DNA of 64,000 bases from Octopus bimaculoides (taxonomy: Eukaryota), in contig NC_068983.1 in NCBI RefSeq assembly GCF_001194135.2, forward strand, positions 85,389,762 through 85,453,761. The letters run 5' to 3'. Positions 51,800 to 64,000 of this stretch are shown one piece after another. How positions within the stretch are numbered: the stretch's first letter is position 1; every line of letters starts with the position of its first letter. The notes under the pieces were generated by a model. It saw nothing but the letters and a program-made list of their open reading frames with translations. It was not told the DNA's origin and did no database searches. Position numbers and translations under genes: made by a program.

Positions 51800-54700
51800 C
51801 TAAAATAACGTTCTGAATATGTTACAGTGTTTCCAATGCATTTAGAGAAGGTCATTTGCTTAGCTGATATAGTTTTTGCAACATTTGTAAAAAAATATTT
51901 CTTCCTCAAAGTCAAAAATGCCGTAATTATTATTCATTGTGTCCCCACCCCATATTACTTCAGAATTTAAAATAGTTTTACTGTGTGACGATACCGTGAA
52001 AGAGAAAAGCAAAATTCAATAATAAAAAAAAATAGTTATTTTTGTTTAATTCCAGCTCAAATTTTATCAAGCAGAGCTATGAATCATTAAGTAAATATCA
52101 TATTTCTGAAAACTATTCAAGTTTATCTCAAAGAGGAGTATGATTGAAAGTTGACAAACATGCGTATTAACATGAACACGAAAGTGCGTAAAAATTGAAA
52201 ACAGAATACAGAAAACTAAACACAGTGCGCTGGATAATTCAAGGGAAGTAACTTTTAAAAGTTCATTGACTTAATTCCCTTGCATAAAGTTTTCACTTTC
52301 AATGCATCAGTCAAGATTGCTACAGCCTATTTTAAACGCAGATAAGATGAACAAATACTAAATACAATCATTATAGTTTTATAGTTCAAATTGCAGTAAA
52401 GTAAACTTGATCTTACGTTAACAGAAATTGAACAACTTTGATCCAGTTACAAAAAAAAAAAAAAAAGAGTATACGAAAGAGAAATTGTTGATTTAGACTA
52501 AATGTTTCTATTCAAAATAAATTTCAGATTATGACTAAAACGAAATAAGGACAAAAGTCTCAAACTCATAGATTCTGTGTTCAAATTAGAAAACGGTTAC
52601 CAAATCAGAAATTACACTCACATTTGAACCACTAAACTTGAAAAGTAAAATATATATTCAAATCAAAATTTAGAAGTAATATATTAACATTTTAACTACA
52701 AAATTTAAAAAGTAAAATATTTGAATTAACAATATTCAAATTGGTGCTAAGTAATAGGGGGAAAAAAGGTCTTTCAAATCCATAAGATAATTTAGAATGT
52801 GTTTTGGTCTCTGACAAAGTGGCTTAAAACATCTTTTTTAAATTCACAGTATCCAAAAAACACTAATGTATTTTGATTTTGTTTTAGTTCTAGCAGGAAG
52901 AAAATGATTTCATTTTAGATTTCTTTTTCATACTTGTTTCACACCAAGCAAAATGTACAAACGAAACATTTTTGCATTGTTATACAAGGAAATGAATAAA
53001 TGTATGTGCATGGATGTGTGTGCACACGTGCACATCACTGTATTTACAAGTGTATTGTCTTGTTATACACCACTGGTCACAATACACTTCCTTGCATTGT
53101 TTTACCTTTCAAGTGATTCCACTCCAGTGGCAAGGTGGACAAGCTAACATTCTCCCTTTTACAGCCGTGTGATTTGGAACAACGTGAACTGAAGAATTTA
53201 GTAAAATAACTGTCATTATTAAGCTTGTGTTTACAACATAAATTAATATGAAATTTTGATAAAAGATTGCAACTTAGATCACTTTAAGTTTGTATCACAG
53301 GACCAAGTTTTCAAGTAGATTGATATCAAAAGGGTTGAAGCTATCAAGAAAGTAACTAATCTGTTTGAATATCTATTGTACTTTAAGGATATGCATCTAT
53401 GAAAATATATGTCTATAAAAAGATAAAATAATTTTTCACAAAAGATCTGGCTGCTTTTTTTTTTAGCGGGTCAACATAGAGTTACATTACTTTTAGGATG
53501 GTCTTGTAATAATTATTCTTCTAAGGTATTGTAAATGTGTCCAAATATTTAAAGTTTAATTTACAATGAAGATAGAGTTTCTATTTATGCATTAATAAAA
53601 AATTAAACTGTCTTGACACATCAATAAAATGATATTTATTAACAAGTTTAATCAAGGCAGTATGTTGGCAGAATCAGTAGCATGCCAGGCAAAATAATTA
53701 GTGGTATTCCACCTGTTGATTTTTACCTTTTATCTTTTTGGAGTCGATAAAATAAGTACCAGTTGAACACTGGGGTCAATGTTAACTTAACCACTTCCCT
53801 CGAAATTGCTGGCCTTGTGCCAAAATTCGAAATCAATTACAAGTTTAACCACTTCCATACACATCTACAGTACATTACAACACCACCGTATAAGACCTCC
53901 TGAAAAACACAATCCCTCCCAATAAATAAGCCCCTATGGACAGCTAGAAATAGCGGTCCAACTCTTCTCAAATCACACCTGACCATTATTTTCTTAAAAG
54001 CAAAGACTTTAAATAATATAGTCTGAGCTAAACTGTTTGAAAAAGACATTACGGTCATGGTTGGAATGTCTTTGATCATAGGTCTGCCACATCAAAGCAG
54101 AACTGGAGTTAAACCCCTAACAATAACAACACTATGCCTCCCACTCACTTCTAACAAACACAGAAGGTGCATGAATGACGAATTGGCTGGGTGTTTAGAG
54201 CAATTGAAATACTTAGGCAGTATTGCTTCCAATTTCTGCATTCTCAGTTCAAATCTCACTGAGGCCAACTTTGCCTTTCATCCTTACAGGGTCAATAATA
54301 TAAAGTAACACTATGAATTGGCATAACTGCTAGCATACCAGAGAGATATCATTTGGTATTTATTCTGGCACTTTCTGTAAACTTCTTGGATAGTAGAGTT
54401 AATCTGTGGTCATATTTCATCACCACTACCTGGTCCTAAGCTTCCTTTAGCAGAGTTCACTCTTGTAGGAATTTGGGATAGATATCTGGTGTGAGGATAA
54501 GTCCTTTCCAATAGCCTTAGTGATGCTGAAAAAATATAGAGACTGAAGTACTGCCCCATCTTTCTTTGACTAAAATGATGTCCCCCTCCCCTCACCTATG
54601 CATGTGCATGCACACACACACGTGCACACAGACACACACACAAACAGCAGTACTGGGTGCCCCACTTACCCGCCCAACATTGTTCTCTAGAGAGAGATAT

Positions 54701-54963
54701 AGGCAAAGAAATCAGCAACTGTTGTGTTATGGCTGAGTCAACCTTGCCAACCTCTACTAAGACCCCTACCATATGGAATAGATGTACAAACTACAGACTA
54801 TAAGGAAGTACACATTGAATGGTGTAATCCTAAATATGGAAAAATAAATAAATAGTGAAAAAAAAATTTTTTTTTTTTAATTACAATATCTCTGCTCACA
54901 AGCAGGTATCTGCAAGTGCAAGCCCCATGAGTCAGAGAGGCTGTTCCAGTGCTTCTCCCTCAC

Positions 54964-55016
54964 CATCCTCTGGGGTAATGCCTTTTCCATTTTGTTTGCT
55001 GGGACCATGACGTGGT
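54964..55016 (-). CDS. Possible exon (frame ambiguous, e.g. PRHGPSKQNGKGITPED)
   Basis: Locally GC-rich; acceptor TTGTCTTCGTTTCCTGTAATTCAG, donor ATG/GTGAGG. Confidence 0.35.
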
Positions 55017-55310
55017 CTGAATTACAGGAAACGAAGACAATGTTCAAATTTTGTTGCTTACTACTCATAGGTGATCTGTATCTAATAAATCACAATCTGC
55101 TTAACCCATTTGATATCAAACTACATGAGACCACCTTCAGTTCTGTGATACAAACTTCCTGATCTACAGTCACCCACACCAAAACTTTCCATTAAAATTT
55201 TATGTTTCATACACCACCTCAACAATGATAAAGTCATTTTACTAAAAACTACATTATTTCAAAACTTAATAACATGTATTTCAACAAAAATATAGAAACC
55301 GTAAAATATA

Positions 55311-55790
55311 GGTGCAGGCATGGTTGTGTGGTAAGAAGCTTGTTTCCTAACCACATGGCTCTGGGTTCAGTCCCACCGTGTGATATCTTGGGCAAGTGTT
55401 TTCTACTATAGCCTTGGGCCAACTAAAGCCTTGAATGAGTTTGGTAGATGGAAACTGAAAGAAGCCAATCATATATACAAACAGACAGATATATTTATGT
55501 GTTTGTGTGTCTTTGCTTGTCACCTCGCCATTGCTTGACATCCAATGCTGGTGTGTTTATGACCCCATAACTTAGCGGTTTGGAAAAAGAGCCCAAGAGA
55601 ATAAGTACTAAGCTTGTGTGTTTATGTCCCCATAACTTAGCTGTTCAGCAAAACAGAACAATACAATAAGTACTAGGCTTACAAAGACTAAGTCCTGGGG
55701 TCAATTTCTTCAACTAAAACCCTTTAAGGCAGTGCTCCAGTATAGCTGCTATTAAATGACTGACACAAGTAAAAGAATAAAAGAATAACA
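55311..55790 (+). mobile_element. SINE family A with ~70-bp internal duplication
   Basis: The segment GTGTGTTTATG.CCCCATAACTTAGC...AATAAGTACTA occurs twice (about 55550 and 55615). Confidence 0.85.
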
Positions 55791-57169
55791 AAGAGTTTAA
55801 TTAGGAATGACCTGGGGGCCAAAGTAAAACAGCAACAACAACGGGAATGCAAGAACAGGCTGAACTGTGGAGACAATGCAACATGGCTACTACACTGCAC
55901 ACCTTACAATAAACAACTGTATCTTAGAATGCAAAAGTGCAATTCTAACTGGGATGAGACTGACAATGTACCTGGATCAATGATTTTATTGGCTGCTCCA
56001 AGTAAACATACAAATGACATGGGTTTGTTTGATTAGATCTGACAGTTGTTAAGAAAATTTTATAGACTTCTTCTAATCAGTCATTGAAAACAACACACAT
56101 TAATCACAAGTGAAATCTTTCCATTTAAATGAACAGGTATTTTACTTTGACATATCTTTCACCACAAAGAAATATGAAACCAGTGACATTTACTATATCA
56201 GAAAATTTTATCTGACAAATCTGTATTTATTATATATAAATATTCATTTCTTTTCATAGGGTACAAGGCCAACGCTTTTGTAAAGGAAAATCATATCAAT
56301 TGAATTGGCTTGGTTACTGGTACATATTTACAGTAAAATTGATTTTAGATAAGAACTACAGAAACTACTATATATATATATATATATATATATNNNNNNN
56401 NNNNNNNNNNNNNNNNNNNNNNNNNNNNNNNNNNNNNNNNNNNNNNNNNNNNNNNNNNNNNNNNNNNNNNNNNNNNNNNNNNNNNNNNNNNNNNNNNNNN
56501 NNNNNNNNNNNNNNNNNNNNNNNNNNNNNNNNNNNNNNNNNNNNNNNNNNNNNNNNNNNNNNNNNNNNNNNNNNNNNNNNNNNNNNNNNNNNNNNNNNNN
56601 NNNNNNNNNNNNNNNNNNNNNNNNNNNNNNNNNNNNNNNNNNNNNNNNNNNNNNNNNNNNNNNNNNNNNNNNNNNNNNNNNNNNNNNNNNNNNNNNNNNN
56701 NNNNNNNNNNNNNNNNNNNNNNNNNNNNNNNNNNNNNNNNNNNNNNNNNNNNNNNNNNNNNNNNNNNNNNNNNNNNNNNNNNNNNNNNNNNNNNNNNNNN
56801 NNNNNNNNNNNNNNNNNNNNNNNNNNNNNNNNNNNNNNNNNNNNNNNNNNNNNNNNNNNNNNNNNNNNNNNNNNNNNNNNNNNNNNNNNNNNNNNNNNNN
56901 NNNNNNNNNNNNNNNNNNNNNNNNNNNNNNNNNNNNNNNNNNNNNNNNNNNNNNNNNNNNNNNNNNNNNNNNNNNNNNNNNNNNNNNNNNNNNNNNNNNN
57001 NNNNNNNNNNNNNNNNNNNNNNNNNNNNNNNNNNNNNNNNNNNNNNNNNNNNNNNNNNNNNNNNNNNNNNNNGGGAGTGCAGATTGAATCTTCCACTGTA
57101 ACAATGCATATATATAAGTAGAGAGAGAGAGGGTGGGAATAATAATGCCTGTTGCACAGAAAAACCAAT

Positions 57170-57330
57170 AAGGAAGCCTTTATATGGCAGTGCAATCTGC
57201 CCCACCAAGAAAACAGCAGCTAAATCTCCCTCGTATTGCATCTTGTACTCATAAAAAAGGCACAGGTTGGTCATAGCTGGAATGGCTTATCATAGGTCAG
57301 CTTGACCTGGAGTTAAACAGCAACATAACA
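57170..57330 (+). mobile_element. Dispersed repeat family F (unclassified; likely SINE/LINE tail)
   Basis: Motif GGTCAT..CTGGAAT...TCATAGGT...GACCTGG..TTAAAC recurs at about 16260 (-), 51070, 54055 and 57270. Confidence 0.55.
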
Positions 57331-58093
57331 GGTGGTGCAAATAATTGAATTGGTAGAGCACTACACCACTAATCAAAGGGTCATTCATTCATAACTTGAA
57401 TATATTTATTGTTTCAATTTATGTTAAGGTTTCAGTTATTGTTAGAATAAGCCTTGACAAGGCTATGCTCAAATGCATTCCAAACATGAACATCCTATTT
57501 TTTTGAGAGCATCTAGGACTACATTATCCAAAATACCATAACATGTTTGGCTGCTATTTCAAGCAAGTTGAGAGGCTTTGTAACAGCTCCTTTATTGGCT
57601 CTTGTAAATAAAGTCATGCAGTGTTGTAGGTTCACACTTCAAGCAATATCAGAGCTGTAAAACTGATTAATGATAGATTGGCCACACTGATTTATGAAGT
57701 ATATATGCTGTACTAAATGACATGGAAACCAGATTACTGATACTGGTTTTCCTCATTCCCAATGAGATCAAAAGAGGAGTCAATCCCCAGCAGAACTGAA
57801 GTCTATGTAGGAGAAAACCATCTTAGTCTGATGCTCTACATCAGTAGTTCTCAACTAAGGTCACATAAGATTTTGCAGTTACAGTTTATGTGCAATAAGT
57901 TGGTTATATTTCAAAAACGCACAAAATATTTTAACAATATTTTTTCTACAGTTCCTAATAATAGGCACAGGCATGGCTGTGTGGTTAGAAGCTTGCTTCC
58001 TATCTACGTGGTTCCTTGGGCAAGTGTCTTTTACTATAACCACAGGCAGACCAAAGCCTTGTGAGTGGATCTGGTAGACAGAAGCTGGTTTTA

Positions 58094-58133
<40 letters not shown>

Positions 58134-60252
58134 TATAGGGCAGGGAATTGCCAATTAGTAATAAAATTAATAATTAACAATTTTGCCAAGTAGTTCAGTA
58201 TGAAAAAAACCTTTATCGGTAAAACCATTTATAATCATAAATATATAGGGCTTAGCATGAGATGCTTCACCAACATACTGAAAATTTAGAAATAGCAGTC
58301 AAAGAACTACTGATTCCAAATTACAAATTTTTCTCTAACAGATGGCGATATTTATGGCACACACAGAACAAAAACAGAAGAGAAAAGCAAAAACAAACCT
58401 GCCTTTAGTTAACCATGTACGACGTTTCACGGTTAAGAGTATAAAGCTACCCTACTCCGATCNNNNNNNNNNNNNNNNNNNNNNNNNNNNNNNNNNNNNN
58501 NNNNNNNNNNNNNNNNNNNNNNNNNNNNNNNNNNNNNNNNNNNNNNNNNNNNNNNNNNNNNNNNNNNNNNNNNNNNNNNNNNNNNNNNNNNNNNNNNNNN
58601 NNNNNNNNNNNNNNNNNNNNNNNNNNNNNNNNNNNNNNNNNNNNNNNNNNNNNNNNNNNNNNNNNNNNNNNNNNNNNNNNNNNNNNNNNNNNNNNNNNNN
58701 NNNNNNNNNNNNNNNNNNNNNNNNNNNNNNNNNNNNNNNNNNNNNNNNNNNNNNNNNNNNNNNNNNNNNNNNNNNNNNNNNNNNNNNNNNNNNNNNNNNN
58801 NNNNNNNNNNNNNNNNNNNNNNNNNNNNNNNNNNNNNNNNNNNNNNNNNNNNNNNNNNNNNNNNNNNNNNNNNNNNNNNNNNNNNNNNNNNNNNNNNNNN
58901 NNNNNNNNNNNNNNNNNNNNNNNNNNNNNNNNNNNNNNNNNNNNNNNNNNNNNNNNNNNNNNNNNNNNNNNNNNNNNNNNNNNNNNNNNNNNNNNNNNNN
59001 NNNNNNNNNNNNNNNNNNNNNNNNNNNNNNNNNNNNNNNNNNNNNNNNNNNNNNNNNNNNNNNNNNNNNNNNNNNNNNNNNNNNNNNNNNNNNNNNNNNN
59101 NNNNNNNNNNNNNNNNNNNNNNNNNNNNNNNNNNNNNNNNNNNNNNNNNNNNNNNNNNNNNNNNNNNNNNAAACACCCCCAGTGAAATTACATATACTTC
59201 CGATTTCAATGAAAATAACAACATAACTACTAGGTACTAAATAAAGACGATTTCCAAAATTTCAACATCTTACAATATTATTTAACCCCCACTAATGGGG
59301 TTTAAACCACAGGACAGAGCCACTTTGAAAGTGCAAATACATCCACTTTTCATGGAAGATACATAAAATTTAAGTGTAGGAGATCCTTGCCCAATGTGCC
59401 ACACAGTGAGACTGAATTCAAGACCACATGGTTGAGAAGCAAGATTCTAAACCATGCAGCTATGCCGGTGCCTAGGTGTGATTTGAGAGAGATATTGCTG
59501 CTATTGCTACCAGGTCGAGTAGCTGAGTAGATGCTATCTCGTTGGTCTGTGTTTCAATCTACTGAAATCACCATCATTTAATGCCCATGCTGGCATGGAA
59601 AACAGACATTATTATTATTGCACAGAGGTGGTACGTGGATAATGACATAAATCCAAGGTATGGTTATTGCTAGGTGAAAATTATTATTATTAATTATTAT
59701 TGATGATGATGATGATGATGTCAGCATAAGAAACTTTGTTACCTCCTATTAGGTTTCAAATAACTATTTGAATTACGAAAAATAGATTTTGAATGGTTTC
59801 AAAGTTGTTGTTTTTTTCTTTGTCTGTATGTTTTTTACTAAATATAATTGATTAAATTCATCTTTCAGAATAACAGTAACACAGAAGCCAAGAAATCTTG
59901 AGGGTAAGCCAAGAACCAAAATCTTGAAGATGATGTATAAAGTGAGGGCCTTCCTTAGGCACCTCGGTCTAGATTTTCCCTTCTCACTCTTCCCAAGAAA
60001 TACATACTTACTTGTATGCCATTTGTTTTAATTATTTGTATTTTCATAAAGTTATTTGGTTTTGTAAAAATTTTACAATCCAATTTAAATGAAGAAAAAA
60101 CAATTCACTTGTTCCTATGTAAGAAATCCTTCATTTAAAACTCTTTTACATGAAACCACATGTCTAAGGTAGCTTGTTTAAAATATTCCAGAAAACAAGT
60201 TTTGAATTAAAATTACAGTTTGTTTTACAGGGATTCATTTCATTGAATAGAA

Positions 60253-60491
60253 TAATTAAAAATGAAATAACAGGTATACTATTTCATTTAATGAATTGAT
60301 TGTATATCGGATAGAACAGCTTGTAATATCTGTTCCAAGTCTCTGAACTCTGAGTTCAAATCCTACCGAGGTCTAATTAAAAATGAAATAACAACAGGTA
60401 TACTATTTCATTTGACGAATTGATAGCATATTGGATAGAACAGCTTGTAATATCTGTTCCAAGTCTCTGAACTCTGAGTTCAAATCCTATC
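60253..60491. repeat. ~118-bp tandem duplication
   Basis: TAATTAAAAATGAAATAAC...CTGAGTTCAAATCCTA at 60253 and again at 60374, with few mismatches. Confidence 0.9.
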
Positions 60492-60685
60492 AATGCCTTT
60501 CATTCCTTTTGAATCGACAAAAATGTACCAATCCAGGTTTTGTAGATTGATGGATCTGTAAGAACCCCAAGCAAAATATTTCACAACATTTGTTAAGCTC
60601 TTTGCTTTCAATGTTCAAATCCAACCATGGTCTACTTGGGGCAGCCCAGTTTAACACCACCACTTGGCACCTTGGAAGCCTTTAC

Positions 60686-60780
60686 CAGAGTCCACTCTAT
60701 TGCAGGAATTCGGACCAGGTCTCCCACCCTTCCAGTAGTCATGTAGCTCCTGTAAAGGGCCATGGACGCTGACTTCTTTC
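60686..60780 (-). CDS. Possible exon (KKSASMALYRSYMTTGRVGDLVRIPAIEWTL, or alternative frame KEVSVHGPLQELHDYWKGG...)
   Basis: GC-rich patch; acceptor TTTTTCCTTTTCTTTTAGTCAG, donor CTG/GTAAAG; phase-compatible with a candidate start exon ATGAGCTTAACTAATG/GTAAGG at 62207-62222. Confidence 0.38.
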
Positions 60781-60999
60781 CTGACTAAAAGAAAAGGAAA
60801 AATCCAAAATCATTTCACTACATCCCAAATCTGAACGAATCTGTTATCAAATCATAACAAATAAATATAAAGAAATGAATTGTAACACATATAATACAAA
60901 CTAAAACTTATATAATCTTAGAATCAAAAGTTTTAATTTAGAGCTTGAAAAAAGTCTATAGGTATTATGAGAATACCCTACCTATATCATAGGTCAAAT

Positions 61000-62327
61000 A
61001 CTTTGGTCCAGCAGAACCAGTCCAAAAAAAGAAACAATGTCATGTACGTTTAATAATGACCCCCCAAACCCTTAGTTAGACGTTGTTCACCGTGGTCAAG
61101 TAAACCTATGATCAAAAGAGCATTCTAGTTGTGAGTGACCACCCAATGGTACCCACAGGAATCTAAAATATATCGAGGACCACATAGCCAAAGTTTTGTT
61201 GCTTATTCCCTCTCTTATTACAAACGATAGGATGTGGTCTTAGTGATTTAGCTGCTATTTCTACCAGGAAAAGATATCCTTAAGGATTCCCACGTTTATC
61301 TTTTCGACTTTAATAAGAAATAGCTGGAGGAAAGTATTAAAAAGTAGTTTGTGTGGTACTTTACACATTCAGTTGTTTCATTTTTTTCCTTTTCATTTCT
61401 TTTTTTTTTTTGTTTGTTTTTTTGTATTGCAGATAATAGTTACAGTATGCTGAAAGACAATTATCTCAATCGATGTAACAAGAATTCGGACACTTTTTAC
61501 AATTCCGGTTTTACTTCTTTTTCTTTGTCGTTTTGAAGTAAGTTGGAAAAAAAAAGATTAAATTCTGATACGGCAGAAATGAATAGGGAAAAAAACATAT
61601 ATTCCTCAACAATAGAGCTGAAGAAAATATATCGGGAAGTGGTAGTTTATAATTTCAATAAACTTACGACACAACGAAAAGTTATCCCGGAACAGCAATC
61701 TACACGAAAACAAAAACATTTGCTTTGTGAATAGTTTGATTCTATATGAAAGCATTTCAACTGTAGGCAGGGACAATATATACATAAACAAAATATAGGG
61801 GACAGTGCAAAGGAGCACTATCTTCAACTTCGAAAAACCGTAGGCATCAGACTAAATTCTGTCACTAAGGGTGTGGTAATATGTATGCCGTTGACAACTT
61901 TAGTGATCATCTAAGTTTTTTATTTATTACACATCACCGACACGGTAATGGCGTATAAAACGAAGAATCGTTAACATTATATATATAAATGGACAATACA
62001 TATGTTGTACAACAGACGACTTCAGGCTAAAAAAATTAAAAACACACACACTAAACATTCATAAACACAAACACGTGTCATACACGCACACACACACACA
62101 CACACAGACGTATGTATTGTCTAGACCTTGGAGCTGTGAATATCCTGAAAGCTATTTAAATAATCCTCAGAGACAAAGCCAATAAGAAATACCAAATAAA
62201 CCTTACCATTAGTTAAGCTCATCTAAGATTTGTTATCTAAAAACCTGGCAACTGTGCAGCATTTCGCTGGTACAGCAGAAACTGAACGTAAGTATGTTTA
62301 TACGTATCGCTCTTATCACTCAATAAT

Positions 62328-62365
<38 letters not shown>

Positions 62366-63951
62366 CACACACACACAAACACACACACACACAGCAGGCA
62401 GACAGACAGACAGACAGACAGACAGATAGATAGATAGATAGATAGAGAGTGACTTGTAGTAACTGAGTAACACAGTAAACATTAATCGCAACGAGAACTG
62501 AAATTTCTAGAATTAAAAAAAAAACGCAATAACAATAAGGATCATAAAAAGGGGAGAAATTGTTTACTTTCATTAGTTCTACATCAGCAAAGGCGGGGGG
62601 AAACGGAGAACAGTTTTATCCCGTCCAATAACAAGACTCACTCAGTACAGCGTAAACAAAACTCTAGGAAGACAGGATTATTTAAAGAAAACAAATTTAG
62701 ATTATGATTATTTCCGGATTACACTATTCGTATTACACTGGATCCGGATCTACGATTGTTATTGGTACTTTTTTTTTTTTAAATTTTGACAATTGTTAAT
62801 GGTGACGCATGCCAAGTAAGAAATGTCTTAAGAGTCGGGCGTGGCTGTGTGACAAGCTTCCAAGTTTAGGTCACTGCGTGATATCTTGGGCAAGTGTATT
62901 CCGCTATGGACTTGATAGACAGAAACTGGCTTTGATAGATGGAAACTGAAATATGACCAGCGCGCGCGTGCGTGTGTGTGTGTGTGTGTGTGTGTTTATC
63001 CCCACTTGACAACCGATGTCTGTTTGCGTCACTGTAACTTAGCTATTCGGCAAACAGAACGATAGAATAAGCATTAGGCTTTAAAAAAATATACATGAGC
63101 GCCGGGATCGATTTGTTAGATTAAACACTTCGAGACGGTACGCCAGCACGGCCGGGTCCAATGACTGAAACAAAGGATAAAAATAGGTATATGTGACGAG
63201 AGGGAGAGGGGGGACAGACAGACAGGCAGAAGGGAAGGAGAGGTAGGCAGACAGAAGAAAAGAGAGGGGGGTTGACACTGAGAGGAAAAAGCAGAGACAG
63301 AGACAGACAGGCGGGAGGGAGGGATGGAAGGTTAGATAGGTAGAGACAGACAGACAGAAACAGAAAGTTTCTCAAGGGAGGGAACTCAATGCAACAGTAT
63401 TTTTGTATTGGTAACTAAGCGTTGACATGAGGATTGCTTTGATCCAGCTGATCCGTGAACAAAGGCGTCCTGGCCATTACCATTTTGTCTAGTCATGGCT
63501 TTATGAAGTGTCTTTTCTTTTTGAAGAATGTGTGATTTGGGGGTAATTTGATTACTAATTCTAACAGGTAAAACGACTGCATAGCTCTGTTTTTTAAGGA
63601 TTTTTCAAATTAAGTACAAGGCCAACCATTCGATAAGATCGAACGCCACCACCTGTATTTCATTGAGATTTAATGGACCGGCTGCTAAAGGATAAAAGGC
63701 AAAGATGCTCTTAGTGGGAATTGAACTCGAGACTTACAGAGACGTAACCAAATACCATATGGAATTTCCACCGACCCTGGCAATTACAACAAGAACAGTA
63801 GCGTTTAGGAAACAGCTGGTTATATATATGTGGAAAGGCAAAGAGAGCTAAGTGCGGAAGCAGATCAGTTCAGCAGTAATAATAGTAACGACATAAGCAA
63901 CGACGCCACAACAGATTATATGTATATATATATATATACATACATACACAC

Positions 63952-64000
<49 letters not shown>
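61000..64000. promoter_or_regulatory. CpG-retaining (probably unmethylated) region; candidate 5' end/promoter of the minus-strand gene
   Basis: CG dinucleotides are visibly frequent here and scarce over most of 1-60 kb (qualitative, not counted). Confidence 0.4.
62835..63185 (+). mobile_element. SINE family A, diverged but CpG-retaining copy
   Basis: Same architecture as other copies, with many intact CG dinucleotides. Confidence 0.8.

Noticed and set aside
21336-59226. Long ORFs of 120-310 aa running through N-gaps (21.3-22.0, 30.9-31.4, 56.3-57.3 and 58.3-59.2 kb)
   Set aside because: They are open only because Ns are not stop codons.

Overview
AT-rich, repeat-dense eukaryotic genomic DNA with seven N-gaps, most next to microsatellites. 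The SINE families and microsatellite load resemble a cephalopod (Octopus-like) genome; this is an inference. There are no prokaryotic features, CRISPR arrays, rRNA or true tRNA genes. Nearly all ORFs in the supplied track are artefacts of microsatellites or N-runs. The window looks mostly like intronic DNA of an unidentified minus-strand gene: small AG/GT-bounded exons with open frames run from about 62.2 kb to 4 kb, and CpGs reappear beyond about 61 kb. Repeats found: three tRNA-headed SINE families, two TTAA/piggyBac-type MITE families (one nested twice in the other), a full-length decayed mellifera-type mariner, an internally deleted DD37D (maT) transposon with a near-perfect 223-bp local inverted duplication, R4/Dong and RTE LINE fragments, and a Penelope-like element remnant. 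The Penelope-like remnant has an open GIY-YIG frame of about 315 codons and is flanked by type I hammerhead ribozyme motifs, which are the most notable hidden structure in the window.
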